Positions 15,170 to 30,309 of a stretch of 64,000 nucleotides of DNA are shown here, piece after piece (the stretch's first letter is position 1; every line of letters begins with the position of its first letter). This DNA comes from Eledone cirrhosa (lineage: Eukaryota): NCBI GenBank assembly GCA_964016885.1, contig OZ024740.1, forward strand, positions 49,476,001 through 49,540,000, given 5' to 3'. The notes under the pieces were generated by a model. That model saw nothing but the letters and a program-made list of their open reading frames with translations. It ran no database searches and was not told the DNA's origin. Both the position numbers and the translations under genes were made by a program.

Positions 15170-15715
15170 TATAATAAATGTAATCTGAGTTTTTCGAATA
15201 TTAATAATAACATTCGATTCGTTTGCAATTATGCGAACAAGCCTCAATTTTATAGCCATGTCAGTATTGGCACGTGAACAGAACTGCAGACACTAATGTT
15301 TCTGGGTATCACCCTTCATTAGTACAGCTCACTGTTCACCTGCCAGAGCTAGTGAAAATATATGCTATCAAAAACACGCAGTGACTGATCGGCCTGATTT
15401 GCATATTAGCAGACAAGCTGATCAGTCAGATCTGCATATTAGCAGATCCACTGATCAGCCAGATTTGCATATCAGCAGACTGGCCAGTCAGTTTTCTGTA
15501 TACGAGTGATAAATGGCCGGCTTTGCCAAATTCAAATAAAAATGATGAAGGGTGATACCCAGAAACATCAGTGTCTACAGTTCTGTTCGCATGCCAACAT
15601 AAGAGCAAGAATGAAGGGTTCATTCTACTGACATGGCTATACAATTGAGGCTTGTTTGCATAATTGCAAACGAATCGAATGTTATTATTAATATTCGAAA
15701 AACTCAGATTACACT

Positions 15716-15720
<5 letters not shown>
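15170..15720. mobile_element. Fold-back PLE-type repeat in (TA)n (same family as 61170-61768)
   Basis: 15170-15320 is inverted against 15542-15720. Hammerhead copies at 15281-15330 (-, core CTAATGA) and 15543-15583 (+, cut within the core). Confidence 0.75.
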
Positions 15721-15765
<45 letters not shown>

Positions 15766-15770
<5 letters not shown>

Positions 15771-16720
15771 TAAAATTAGTCCTTCATCAGTGATCTTCCA
15801 ACCTTCATTGGTATTTCTTCGCGTTAAAGATCATATACCTCTGGTTGGTGCGAGCAATAACTAAAGAAAGTTATTGGGACATGTAAAATAGGGTGAAGCG
15901 AGCGAGACATGTAAACAAACATAGATGGTAATGCAATGGAAAGAAAGAGAGGAAGGGGAGAAACAAGTCCGTGATATCTATGAACTTAAGTTCGGTGAAG
16001 TCATAGACTTTCACTCACTCACTCTCTGCTTCTCCCCTCTCTCACTTCCCCCCGTTTAAGCTGTGTGAAATCCTTTTCTTGCTCACATCTCACCTAGGTC
16101 GGATGGTCTTTACTTCTCGTCTATGATTTCACCGAACTTAAGTTCATAGATATCACGGATTGTTTCTCCTCTTCCTATCTTTCCGTTGCATTACCATCTC
16201 CGTTTGTTTACATGTCTCGCTCGCTTCACCCTAATTTACGTGTCCCAATAATTTTTTTTTAGTTATTGCTCGCACTAACCAGAGGTATAGCCAGTCACTC
16301 TCTCTCATCTGGCCTCTTCCTCGCCCTTTCACTCACTCACTCTCTGCTTCGCCCCTCACTCACTTCCTCCCGTTTGACCTGTGTGAAATCCTTTTCTCGC
16401 TCACATCTCGCCCAGGCCGGATGGTCTTTATCTCTCGTCTATGATTTCACCGAACTTAAGTTCATAGATATCACGGACTTGTTTTTCCACTTCCTCTCTT
16501 TCAGTTGCATTACCATCTATGTTTGTTTACATGTCTCACTCGCTTCACCCTATTTTACATGTCCCAATAACTTTCTTTAGTTATTGCTCGCACCAGCCAG
16601 AGGTATATGATCTTTAAAGCGAAGAAATATCAATGAAGGTTGGAAGATCACTGATAGAGGACTAATTTTATTCATATGTAACCCATGTGCAACCACGCAG
16701 CATGCCATTTTTCATATATA
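15766..16720. repeat. Fold-back plus tandem-duplicated repeat in (TA)n
   Basis: 15766-16007 is inverted against 16436-16676; 16010-16290 is duplicated at 16330-16605. Confidence 0.75.
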
Positions 16721-17310
16721 TATATATTGAATGAAACAGTTCTAGTCTTGTAGAAGCCATTTCTATATTAAATATGATCTTTACACTCTACTAATGTATT
16801 GAGTAACTTACTAAATGTGGTTACCTCCGATTGAACTATTATCTATCTGTTTATCTTGTTTATCTATCTGTTTATCTTGTTTATCTATCTGTTTATCTTG
16901 TTTATCTACCTGTGTCTAGGTTTCTGTCTATACAAATAGAGATTAATGAAATAAGTAGTGGCATAGATGTGATCGACTGAAAGTGCTGCCTAGCATGGAC
17001 CATCGTCCACTGGCTGAAACCAGCACACTCGATTCAAATTAATTTGTTTGGGGTAAGATTTAAATGAGCCTTGTCAGGGGAAGTTTTTCGTATTTATTTT
17101 TAACGACGTCATCATAAAATAATCTTGGAATTTAGTAAGCTTATTTGTGCTGTAGTAACACAGAGTACTTGAATAAGGTTATTATCTATATACATCAAAA
17201 TAAAACAAATGAGAAAACCAATTGTAATTAACATCGGGTGAAAATATTAACATAGAAATAAAACAATTAAGTTATTTATGCATGTTCATATGTATATGTG
17301 CATGCATATA

Positions 17311-18051
17311 CGAGGTAAGTCAGAAAAGTAACAGGACTTTGTGTGCTGTGCGATGGGCCTAGGGTAACGAACCAACCTGAAGTTTCTGGTCCGACTGGGG
17401 GAAGACTTTCTCAGAAACACTCTGAATACTGTAGCAAGTGTACGGAGATGAGACGATGTCGCGCTCACGGGTTTTCGAGTGGCACAAAAGGTTCAAAGAG
17501 GAACACGAAGACATGTAAGACGATCCTAGAGACGGGAGGACTGAGGGAAACGTTGAGCACGTGAGAAAGATGATGCGTGGCGATGGTAAGCTGACTATTC
17601 GACTGATCACAAGTGAGCTGAGCATGAACGGCGACAGCGTTTGGAAGATTATCACCGAAGATTTGGACTTGCAGAAGATCTGCACGAAGATGGTGCGGAA
17701 GATGGTGCCGAACGGTGACCAAAAGAAGCAACGCATGCAGGTGTGCGCCAGGAGATCCTCACGCGTCTTGAAACCAAAGCAGAGTTACTCTGGGGAGAGT
17801 CATCACTGGTGGTGAGTCATAGGGACCCGTTTTCCGGACATGGAAAACCATGAAGAGGGTCGTGACGACGGAGCTGCGGAGAATTCTTGCAGATGTGCCT
17901 TGAGATGTGGCGGAGCAGGATGGAAAAGTGCATTAGACTCGGGGGGGGGGGGGGGGGGGGGGGTTATTTCAAAGGAGACAAGTTATAGTTTAAGTTTGGA
18001 TTTGAAATACTTTTTGCCACCCCAGTCCTGTTTCTTTTCTGAAACACCTCT
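17311..18051 (+). mobile_element. Degenerate mariner element with both TIRs
   Basis: TA-cgaggtaagtcagaaaagtaacaggact ... agtcctgtttcttttctgaaacacctct-TA; RVFEWHKRFKE, LTIRLITSELSM..SVWKIITEDL. Confidence 0.85.
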
Positions 18052-18103
18052 TATATATAAAATGCAAATATGTATGTGGGGGTGTACATATGTATACGTA
18101 TGC

Positions 18104-18152
<49 letters not shown>

Positions 18153-18469
18153 GTATGTGTATATTTTATATGTGTGCAAGTTCTTCTTTGATATTTATTC
18201 AAATTCTTCGTAAAAGAAAATGAGAAGGCTACTTTGTTTGAGTGAAGACTTCTATGGTTTTGTGAGTATGTCAGTTAATGTATGTGGGGTTATGTATGAA
18301 CATGTATATGTTAAATCTAGAAAACTAAAATGGTGAATCTTTGAAATGTTTAGAAATCTTCAGTGTACCATGAAAATAAATATTTAAATCAGTTGCTTTG
18401 ATCTTTCTTGGAAACTCCCAGTATTTGCAGTTTTATTTAACATTGTTATTAATTTCCCAGTCGAAGATT

Positions 18470-18765
18470 CTCTTCGGTCACAAATGATCATGGGATTTGC
18501 ACCTAGAAAGTTTCCCTCCGAGGCACAAGTCCGGGCAAGGTTGTTTGAGAAGTCACCCACGTGTCAATCAGCAGTCACCCATGCATACCAGAATCCCCGA
18601 TCCATGCCACCGATGATGTCCAATGGAAAGGTTATGGCCGATACAGCTTGGCATCAGTGACGTCGCCAAATAAAGTGTCTCTCTCAAGGACACAATGCGT
18701 CACCCGGTCCGAGAATCGAACTCACAACCTTTCGATTGCAAGCCCAATGCTCTAATCACTAAGCC
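18470..18765 (-). mobile_element. tRNA-derived SINE family B
   Basis: Minus strand ggcttagtgattagagcattggg...gagttcgattctcggacc...tgtgtccttga; copies at 42800-43017 and 47500-47653. Confidence 0.8.
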
Positions 18766-19520
18766 TTCAGTACATCTATGTTAAAAGGTAAGAATGTGAC
18801 TATAGCTAGGATACAGGAGCTGAAAGTTCTCCCATTGGTTCACCATAGATCTCTTTTCGCACAAAATTAGACGTTCCAGTCACACCCGCTAAGCCCCTGA
18901 CCAGTATAATAGTACATATCGTTTGTTCGCTGTCCAATAGAACGATGTTATGTGTTTGCACTGACTTACTGCTTTTATTGCAATGTTACATTACCTTATT
19001 TGTAAAGGTGTGGATACATTCAAGCTCGGGTGAATATATATGTATGTACAACAACAATAATTACAAGACCAACGACTGTTCAGCATCGTCATCAACAACA
19101 ACAACTACGATACCAGGGAGGCGAAGTTCAGTATCTGGCCCAATAATGTTGATAGTGATAATGGTGATAAAGATGAAAATAAAATGAAGACAATGAAATA
19201 AAAATAATTAATAGAAAATTCATTAATGTACGTGGGTGGAAGGGGTAACTAAAAAGACAAACTCAAACTTTGTAATAGGGGAGTGGGTCGGCTAAAACGA
19301 CAACAACAACACCAACAGCCATAATCGTCATCAAGGGGGTATTAATGGGGTTTTAAACATCATCACCATACCATCAGCGGCGGCAACAGCAGCAGTAGCA
19401 GCAGCAGCAGCAACAGCAACAACAGCAGCAACATACTCATATACAAACAGATACATGCTTATAAATACTTATACAAACACACTCTCTCACATACATATAT
19501 ACAGATACACATACATATTC

Positions 19521-19600
<80 letters not shown>

Positions 19601-20774
19601 AGATTCACACTTTTAAACACACAATGGTTTACATACCAACAAACATACACATGCACACACACACATACTCACACACATACGCTCTGAAATTATATTTTAT
19701 CGACCTCAAAAGGATAAAGGGAAAAGTTGACCTCGTCAGAACTTTAACGTAGAGTGTAAAGAGCCGGAATAAACACTGCAATATAATTTGTCCCACGCTT
19801 TAGCCTATCTGTCAATTCCCAGCCCTACGTATGAATATACTGCATGATACATTATATACATTATAACATATACATTATATAAAGTAAAAATATATACCTC
19901 TCTCTCACAAGTTAAGTTTGATTTAGCTACACGGAGGAACATAAATTAGCCAATACAAACTAATTCACTTTGATACAATTACACTCAATAAAGTTATGTG
20001 TAATAACTATGCGGAAAACAGGATGTACATAATTTCTAACTTGTTCCATTGAACAATGACAGGATACTGATTTTCAGAGTTTGCTAGTTGAAATTTAGCG
20101 TCAATATTCACGAACGATGTTATGTGAACTTCTTTAAAATGGAAGCCAAGTCATAATATATATAGATTGATTGCTATCTTCCGTTGATAATATTTTGTTG
20201 GAATTCATGTTTAGTTTATTTCCAAATACGAAAGTTGAAAGTTACGTATATTAAAGAGAGTTAATTAAATGTTTTCGGCTTACACTGATATTATCATTAG
20301 AATATAAACTAAGCACTGTCCTTAGAATGATTATTAAATTATAGAAACTTAAACTATCTACATATTCTAGCATGCAAATAAAACTTGTCTGCTTCCAATA
20401 TTATACGAAAAGGAACTAATTACACATACACAAGACCATAAATGCATTGCATAAATGTATTTGTATTGATTTGAAGCGATCGACCACGTTGATAACTATA
20501 TAAACGTGATAAGTTCTGCAATTTACTACAGTATAATTCGGATGTTAGAGATATCTTTATAATGTCATAGTAAGCAAAATATTAATAGTTGTACTTGGTT
20601 AGCAAGGAATTTTATCTGAGATCGTGTGTTGGGGCTAATATAATAGGGCATTGTAGCCATTAACATTCACTTTTGCTTTATTATTTTGTGTTATCTATCA
20701 ATCTATTTATCTATCTATACTTCCCTTTCTCCCCCCCTCTCTCTATGTATATATATATATGTATATATATATAT

Positions 20775-21205
20775 ATTGGAAGGTACTTGAAAGGTTCATT
20801 CCTTATACTAACTGCACCAAGAGATGTCCCTGCCTCTGAAATTTAGGATAATGCAAAGTTTGTCGTCTGCGAACAATAATTATTTGAACTCTAGGAACGA
20901 AATTTTTAGAGGAGGTCTACATATCAGAGGCCAACTCCTCGCTAAGTGGAAACATTCGATGAATTCAACTGAGCTTCATCCACCTTGATATTGATTTCTA
21001 TAATTTCTGAGTAACTTCTCTTTTTCCGCACTTACATAATACGACACACCTTCTATTCTACTCAACTCCAAAACTTAAATACGTATATCTCTAGATAACA
21101 TACCATCACATAAACATCTACTATATTAAGTACACTCTAACAGACGAACACTAACATAGCCATTTCAATTTTACATCTTGAGTTATTTCTCTTTGTGGTT
21201 ACGTT
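20775..21205 (+). pseudogene. Degenerate C-terminus of a PLE GIY-YIG endonuclease plus 3' UTR, in (TA)n
   Basis: WKVLERFIPYTNCTKRC.CL and NNYLNSRNEIF...LH parallel WSKL...TY...YCGLC..E and LLNNKLE...CRH of the 50565 ORF; frameshifted. Confidence 0.6.
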
Positions 21206-21557
21206 AATAATATATATATATATTTGTTTCCAATCGCCTAATGGTTAGGTCGCAAATTTGATCGTCTTATTTTCTTTCTTTTTTTTTGTTTCATTCATGC
21301 TTTCCGTGCTATAAGAGGCACCACACGTTTTCCGTGCTATAAGAGGCACCACACGTTTTCGCTGACGTCACACAAAATTCTGTGTTTTGTAGCTTAATTG
21401 CTATAAGTTAATATTTTGTCTTTCGTCTCTTACTCCACTGGACAGCGTTTGGCTTATGTCAAATGATGTACCGTTGGTAGGGATCGAAACTGCTAAAGTC
21501 CATCTCAACGGACGATGACCATGGAGTTGTCCCTCGTTTGTATTTTTATTTATCTCT

Positions 21558-21663
<106 letters not shown>

Positions 21664-21860
21664 CACATATATTTTTATTGTTTGACCCGAATTACTTGGT
21701 CGTTTGTTTTGGCTGTGCGGATGATATATTTAACCATCATCTCAGTGTGTTTGGCCCTTAACGTATGTTGTAGCTCTGATTCACTGAATCATCGAGCGCT
21801 TGCCACACATATCGGATGTTGATTTTCGTTAATTCCTGTGCTGAAATACGATTCTCGCTA

Positions 21861-21931
<71 letters not shown>

Positions 21932-21935
<4 letters not shown>

Positions 21936-22886
21936 AGTTAATATAAATTAATATATATGATAAAACACAAATACCAACATATAAGTGTTTGTAGTGTAAA
22001 TGACTAAGTTAGCTAGATTGAAAAATGCTAATTATAATAATACAGTTTGCCTGTCTCGATTTAAAATAATAAATCAATAAAAACAAACGATATTGGCAAA
22101 TGGCCGTGGTACTTAGACACATTTAAATTTCAAAATCAAACCTGTTCCGTAGATAAGTTTAAACTTCAAAATCCAAATAAGTTTCGAGATGAAAAAGTGA
22201 AAGAATACTCCGTTCAGCTCTCCTCAGTAAGTACCCTGAAAAAATTTATATTAACTTGTATTAAACGGCTCAGAAATACTTCTTTCTTTGAGCTATTTCA
22301 TTGTAAAGGACTGCTTGAGTTTAGAACTCATTATTCTTAGTATCACTGCTCCTTATGTAGAGCTAACTTTAGCCCATATAAACGGCTGTTATTTCTAGCA
22401 GAACGAGTATGCGGCAGCTAGAAACTGGAAAACCATGTGCGTTAAACAGTCTTTTTAAATATTTTGAAGTGAAACATACCAATTGTTCAGGGTACTTACT
22501 GAGGAGAGCTGAACGGGGTATTTTTTCACTTTTTCATCTCGAAACTTATTTGAATTTTAAACTTACTTGAAGTTTAAACTTATCTACGGAACAGGTTTGA
22601 TTTTGAAATTTAAATTTGTCTAAGTACCACGGCCATTTGCAAATATCGTTTGTTTTTATTGATTTATTATTTTAAATCGAGACAGGCAAACTGTATTATT
22701 ATAATTAGTATTTTTCAATCTAGCTAACTTAGTCATTTACAATACAAACACTTATATGTTGGTATTTGTGTTTTATCATATATATTAATTTATATTAACT
22801 TGTATTACACGGCTCAGAAATACTTCTTTTTTTGAGCTATTTCATTGTAAAGGACTGCTTGAGTTTAGAACTCATTATTCTTAGTA
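21932..22886. mobile_element. Fold-back PLE-type repeat in (TA)n (arms 21932-22240 / 22486-22803)
   Basis: ~310-bp inverted arms plus a direct duplication of the tail (22245-22342 / 22790-22886). Confidence 0.8.
22496..22577 (+). ncRNA. Hammerhead ribozyme motif (inverted copy 22159-22230)
   Basis: TTA-CTGAGGA-GAGcTGAA...TTCAtCTC-GAA-ACTT...AAGT-T-TAA; canonical core, GUU site, short stem I. Confidence 0.65.
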
Positions 22887-23001
22887 TATATATATATATA
22901 AATTTTAGTACAGCATTGACGAAGTTTTAGAATACGGCCAAGCTAGCGTATATGCATAATCGGTCTGTAGCTTGAGCACTCAGATGAGGAAAGACCCCAG
23001 A

Positions 23002-23053
<52 letters not shown>

Positions 23054-23058
<5 letters not shown>

Positions 23059-23135
23059 GCCGTCAAGTATGAAATTTGTAAAAATTTGTTTTTTTTTTAA
23101 TAAATTTCTACAAATTTCATATTTGACGACCCAAT
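23054..23135. mobile_element. Small Tc1/mariner-type MITE
   Basis: TIRs ttgggccgtcaagtatgaaatttgta / tacaaatttcatatttgacgacccaa within TA. Confidence 0.65.
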
Positions 23136-23740
23136 ATATATGTATACATATATATGGAGAGAGAGAGAGAGAGAGTGAGAAAGAGAGAGCGAGAGAGAGA
23201 GAGTAATTTCTAAACATATTTTGATGTGGGGCATCTACAATTTTTTCCAAGAACTGCAGAAACCTCACCTATATTCCATGGATAATTGCAACCACCCTAA
23301 TTTTAACAAGACATTAAGTGAACCAAAAAAAAAAAAAAAAAAAGATTTTCGAGAGAAACATTTAAACAAAATCAATTTATAACTTTTTTTTATCAAAGTT
23401 TATTAAAACACCCCTTAACTTGCGGAACACCAAACATTTTTCTTTAAAGTTCTGATTGATATATTTAGAATTTGGTAAATGCCATAAAGGAAGGAATTAG
23501 ATGTTAGGACTTTATTCTAAACTAAGCAACTAAACGATAACAGTTATTTGAAATAAATCTGTTTAATACTATGTAAACTCACGAACACTTTAAATTGATT
23601 GGAATTTATCAAGATGTGTTGATGCTAAAAATTCCCCAAGAAGCAGCTGATTCAAACATTTTTAGATTGCGTGCTGGAGATGATTGCTATTCATGTAGAT
23701 ACTGATTTTATACATGTATATGTATACATACATACCCACG

Positions 23741-23865
<125 letters not shown>

Positions 23866-23898
23866 CTCTATATATATATATATGCGTGTGTGTGTTTG

Positions 23899-23945
<47 letters not shown>

Positions 23946-24010
23946 GTGTATATGCGCGCGAGAGTGTGTGTATGTATGCATATACATATGTATTCACACA
24001 CACACACACA

Positions 24011-24058
<48 letters not shown>

Positions 24059-25102
24059 TATATATATATATACATATATATATACACACACACGTATGAA
24101 TCAAGTATTCAAGTATTCGAATGAAACCGAGAGGAATTTTTTGTTGTGATCAGCCATTCATGATATTGATTACTTAGCTAACTCAATGACTATAACCTTC
24201 CTACATATACATAAAAGGTTAACTCACTGGAAACTTGAAAGTAGATTTAGACTTAAACATTACTCTAAAATAGAATTTCCAGACAATAGGTTTGATTACT
24301 TGTGGCAGTAAATACCTCACATGTATGCCTTGTAATTTATATTTACTTGCTTCATTCTCATCGCATCCAATGCTTGTATAGTGAGCGGTTGACTGTAGTC
24401 CTATGTGTTTATAATGTATATATATTTATCAATTGATTGAAATAAATCACTCATACACTTCTTCGTTGAAGAAGTTTGCAGGTACTGGATAAAATATTAC
24501 CTCGAGGGTCTGAAGTAATTTTATTATAGGAACGTAATTTTGTGGTTGAAATATCGTGTATTCATTATGGATTGAAAGCATATTGCAAGTTTCACAGTAA
24601 GACGGTCTTCTAGATAAAGAATACTTTCATGACTAAAGACGCTGCTGCTGGTTTGGGGTTAATTTCAAATTTTTGTAAACATACAACTATTTTAGCAAAG
24701 AAAACTAATTAGAATTCAACGAAACCAGATATTCTTCTTCGGCGAAAATTGATTTTGGAATTCACAAAGTACGATTAATTTCGTATGTCGTGTAGAGTGA
24801 AAGATAGGGTTTGGCGTCTCATGCAGGACTTTTCGACTTAGAAATGAAAAGTGTGGTGGAAGGCTATGAAGGATGTTAAGGTCAGCCTTTCAACATATTT
24901 CTCATTTAACTGAAGAAGGATGCGGTTCGAAACACTAGAACTCATCTTTGCTTATATGCATCAACTTATCATATTTGATGAATTATACTATACTAGGTTT
25001 CATGTATTGAGAAAAAAGTCAGCCTCATATCGTCTTTCTGTTTTCCTTCGGTTGCAACGTTTTTCGAAATATTTACTTCTGCGTTCACAGATTGATTTTT
25101 GT

Positions 25103-25153
25103 AGTTTCAGAAGATCCCGTTAAGGGTGAAAGCAGCGATTCTTTGCTTAAACT
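25103..25153 (+). ncRNA. Second copy of the CAGAAGA hammerhead variant
   Basis: Identical to 14976-15026 across the motif. Confidence 0.65.
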
Positions 25154-25181
25154 TTAATCTGTTATTTTAATAATTAAATAA

Positions 25182-25220
<39 letters not shown>

Positions 25221-25277
25221 AAAAGGGTCAGGACCCCGACGGCAGAGCTCAAGCCGTTTCGACGGCTATTTTTGTAC

Positions 25278-25315
<38 letters not shown>

Positions 25316-25399
25316 TATCCAACCTGATTATTTCTATGTGCGCGCGCACATACATGCATTTGCATATACATATATACATAAAAACATATATACACATGT

Positions 25400-25880
25400 A
25401 CATAAATGTTTACACATATTTGGATGGCCGTTGACTCTTATGAGTTCTTCCGCCCTTTGTCAGGTTTTGTTTTTTGTCCTGCAGGGTGCCCAAAATCACC
25501 CTCCTCACCAAGTAAACTTGGTGGGGTTGCCGATTTAGTCGCCAACGACTCGACCATGTGACAGGTTGTACTGGGTTACTAATAACCAGTAGCAATAAAG
25601 AGTGACCCGACATACGGGCAGTTAAACCACTGGGAGTGAAGGAACCCTAGCCTTTGTCAGAGCATTCTTCTAGGAGAAGGCAACTCAGGAAACTGGGATA
25701 ACTCCGATATAAAACCTGCGGCTCAGTAGTTACTGATTGATCTTTTCTTCTTTTTTGGTTATAGCTACTGTCGCCCAGAGATTGGCATTGGCTCAGTGTA
25801 CAGTGTTTCCCCATTTAAAAAAAAAATCTTCACGTACAGGCATTGCACGATAGCATTAATTGATAATTATTAATAATATT
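25400..25880 (+). mobile_element. Probable 5' part of an RTE-like LINE or related repeat
   Basis: GC-richer island with hairpins, ggagaaggcaactc motif and (taa)n-like end; family call from recall only. Confidence 0.35.
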
Positions 25881-25967
25881 ATATCGTGCAACAATGGCCA
25901 TACTCGATAACGAGGGGCCAGCCATCATATATATATATATAAATAAACACACACACACACACACACA

Positions 25968-26079
<112 letters not shown>

Positions 26080-26461
26080 GTCCTAATAACTTAATTTAGT
26101 TATTATTGCACCAACGTGAGGTATATGATTTTTAATGCAATGAAATATCTATGATCGTTGGCAAATCCCTGATGAGGGACTCATTTTATAACATGTTATC
26201 CATGTGCAACCTGCAGTTTTCTTCTCCCCATTTTTTCACATATATTTACCTAAACTGCGATTCTGTTTTTCTCTCTCTCTCTCTTACTGCTCCCTCGTTC
26301 TCTCTGTTTCTCCTACTTTCTTTCGCCCCCTCTGTCATGTCAGTAAACACTTTCTCCCTACTGACCTCTTCCTCACACTTCCACTCACTCACTCACTGTT
26401 TCTCCCCTTCTCAGCGATCAAACTTTTTTCTTCATAATTTTATATACATGATCTCTGTTTC

Positions 26462-27090
<629 letters not shown>

Positions 27091-27961
27091 TTTGAACATA
27101 TATATGTATGTACGTATGTATATATATATATATATATATATCGCTTCAAGTCAGCCTAGCATAGTCTACCCTGGTCTCAAGCCATTTAACCTTGTCTAGA
27201 AGCAGATACAGAATTTTATCATCAAAGTGACAAACGCCGAAATATGATTTTCTAATGTTAATTTGTCATTGTGTAGAATAAATATCCAATCTAAGTATTT
27301 CTTGCTTTTACAACTATAATACGGAACACATTAAAAAGGTTAACACGACATCGTCATATGTTGTTGGAATGAAATTAAACTTGCCAACTTTTATTTCATA
27401 CAATGTTTCGTCATTTATATCTATTTTATGTCACAGTGTGATAAAATTTCGGTGAGATCAATCGTACAACATATAGACATTAAGAGCATCCGATGACGAT
27501 GACGATCGCATGCTAAAATATCCAAAATGTTGTTTGTTAAAAAAAGTTTGAAGTGTTTGTTACTTTAGCGTTAGAAAAAAGTACCGTATGTACTCGAATA
27601 TAAGCCAAGGAATATGTGACCAAAACGTCGATGGTAAACTGGGGTCGACTTATATTGGGGGTCAATATTTTGACAATTTTCACGAACCTTAAATTCTACG
27701 TAAAGAAGGTGCTAAAATATCTGGAGTGATTAACAACCAAACACTGTTGTTCAACATTTCCTATATCACAAGGAGTTTTATTTATGCATTGCTTTGAAAA
27801 CATTCCCGACAATTTTTTACCATATGAACTTATTAATACATAAATTTCCCCAATACAAATACGCATACACACACGCATATGAGTACACATACGCGTGCGC
27901 TGACTGTTTTTCTCTGTGATTTAATTATACTTTTTCTTTCAATCTTGTTTTGTTTTATTTT

Positions 27962-28030
<69 letters not shown>

Positions 28031-28264
28031 ACTCTCCTCTCTCTCTCTCACCCCTCTCTCTTTCTCTCTCGTCCTCTTTTTTCTCACACTTGTCTTTCCT
28101 ACTTCTACTCTGAATCCTTATATATGATCTCTTACTGAGTTGATATCTTTCAACTATCCCATTTCGATATCTCCCTAGTGTTTTTAATGATAGCAGTTAA
28201 AGAAAATCATTTTGTTTTTAAATAATACCTTAATCTAAAAATATATCTCCATTTATTTCTATAT

Positions 28265-29170
28265 TAGTAGTGGTACCCGGCGTTGCACGGGATAAGGTAT
28301 TTTGGAACGCGGACCGCCAACAGACCTAATCGTGGAAAACTGCATGCCAGGACAATATGTAAAGAAAATAAACCTAATAATCTGATGGCTGGATAATCTT
28401 TAAGATTTTCCTCGATGAAGCAGGAAAAATGCAGGTTTTCACCTAATGCGGTCCCTAGGGGATCAAGAAAATGCATTTTTTTTATGTGCATAATATGCCT
28501 TGAAATTTGGGGAAAAAATCGGCTAGACGTAACGCCTCCAAAAAGCTCTAAGAAGCTGAAAAAAAATGAAGTTTTTCACCTAATGCGGGCTAAGTTGGAT
28601 TTTCTTTGCTCACGGTATGAAGAAGAGACTGACTAATACATAGTTACAATTTCAAGGAAATCGGTCTGACGTGACGCCCCCACCCCGAAAAAGCTTAAAA
28701 AACGCAGTTTTTCACTTAATCTAGGAGATCAAAAAGTTGAATGTTTTTATGTGCATAATACTCCCTGAAACATAAGTAATATACATGTAAAGTTTGAAAA
28801 AAATCGGTTGGGTACTTCTCGAGTTTTAGGGATTCAATCTCACAGACACACACACACACACACAGACATCCTCAGGGAAGTGACGTAATGCAGACAGCCA
28901 GACATACAAACAGATATTATAAGGGCACGACGTTACACGTATGTATCTAAAAAGAGAAAGACTAAGAATTATAGAGAGAGATCGCTAAATCGCCTAATGC
29001 GGTCCCTTGGGCATTGAAAATTTGAAATCCTTTTGCTCAGAACACTTCCTGAAACATAAGTATTACATGTGTAAAGTTTTAAAAGAGTCGGTTGAGTGTT
29101 TCTCGAGTTTTAGGGATTCAAACTCACACGCACACAGACAGACAGACATCCTCAGTTTTATATATAGAGA
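28265..29170 (-). mobile_element. Non-autonomous Helitron (family of 9861 and 46497)
   Basis: cccggcgttgcacggg hairpin at the left end; cagacagacatcctcagttttatatatagaga at the right end. Confidence 0.8.
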
Positions 29171-30143
29171 CTAGCAGAAAACCACCCGGTGGGCGGTTTT
29201 CTGCTAGCAAATCTAGTGTATATACTGATATTGTTGAGATTTGGATGAGAAATGTTTTCGGCACCACATGTTCACCACTCTCGGTGTGTCTTTTATGCAC
29301 GTATGAATATATATGTTATCTATACGGTGAAATCTTTGAAATAAATATATGTTAAAACGAAAAAGGAGAAAATAAATAACTGGCGGTTAGAAAAAAATAT
29401 TCCTATGAAATTTTAATCATACCATTAGGTGTGAATAAGGAAATATTTTTTTATTGTCAAAACAAATGTTCAAAAGTTAAACTTCAATTTTTTGAATTAT
29501 TTCCAATTTTTTCATGAAATTGAACACTGGACATTGGCTGCTAGAAATGGAAATTAAATCGTATTTAATTGTATTTAAATTTCTAACCTTATTTTATTAT
29601 TTGTATTTTTTCAATAAGAAATAAAAAAAAACAACAAAAAAAATTGAAGAAAGAAATTGAACAAATCAAACGTAGGTTATGGAACTGCGCAATCTGATTA
29701 ATAAATTACCTTATCAGCAGCAACCTTCTCCAAATGGTCCTTATTATCAGCAGCAACAACCACAAATTCAATGGCAACCTTCTTCGCATGGTGTCAACTC
29801 AGAACCGCCTCGAACTGGTTACTTCTGGCTTGTGCAAGGTGTCTCTATAGCAACCAGCGATTCCCTCGGCCTCAGTGACCAAAGTCAGTGGAGAGGGGAA
29901 GGTAATGTTTCTATAGCGACAGTGTTTCTCTTGGTAGTACCAAAGTGGAGAAAGGAAGAGGAAGGTAATATTTCTGTAGCACGTGTTTTAGCGTCTATTC
30001 ACTCTCTCTCTCTCTCCCTCTCTCCCTCCCGCTATCCCCCTCTCGTAGTCTGTCTCTTTCTTTCACTCTCACTCTCTCTCTACGCACGTGTTTCCACTGT
30101 CGGACAGACAGACAGAGAAATTGCTGGTTATATATATAAGTAG
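29171..30143 (-). mobile_element. Second non-autonomous Helitron family, abutting the first
   Basis: Minus strand starts TCTACTTATATAT..(CTGT)n and ends with hairpin CTAGCAGAAAACC..GGTTTTCTGCTAG; short plus-strand relative at ~55649-55736. Confidence 0.7.
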
Positions 30144-30309
30144 ATTATATTAATTTAGAAATTTCTCATGCTTTTTTGTTTTCTAATTATATAAAATAAA
30201 ATTAGAGGATTTGTGAAACAAAACTATACTCTAAATGAGACTTAAGACATGCTAAATATCAAAATATTCAGATACCTTATTCAGATAACTAATTCATAAA
30301 TGTTAAAAT

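Noticed and set aside
21455-21505. GAAAC..GTC hammerhead-like half
   Set aside because: Core CAAATGA has two changes and the stems are weak
29679-30143. Gln/Pro-rich 154-aa ORF as a host gene
   Set aside because: Lies inside a Helitron-like element and runs into CT repeats; no recognisable domain
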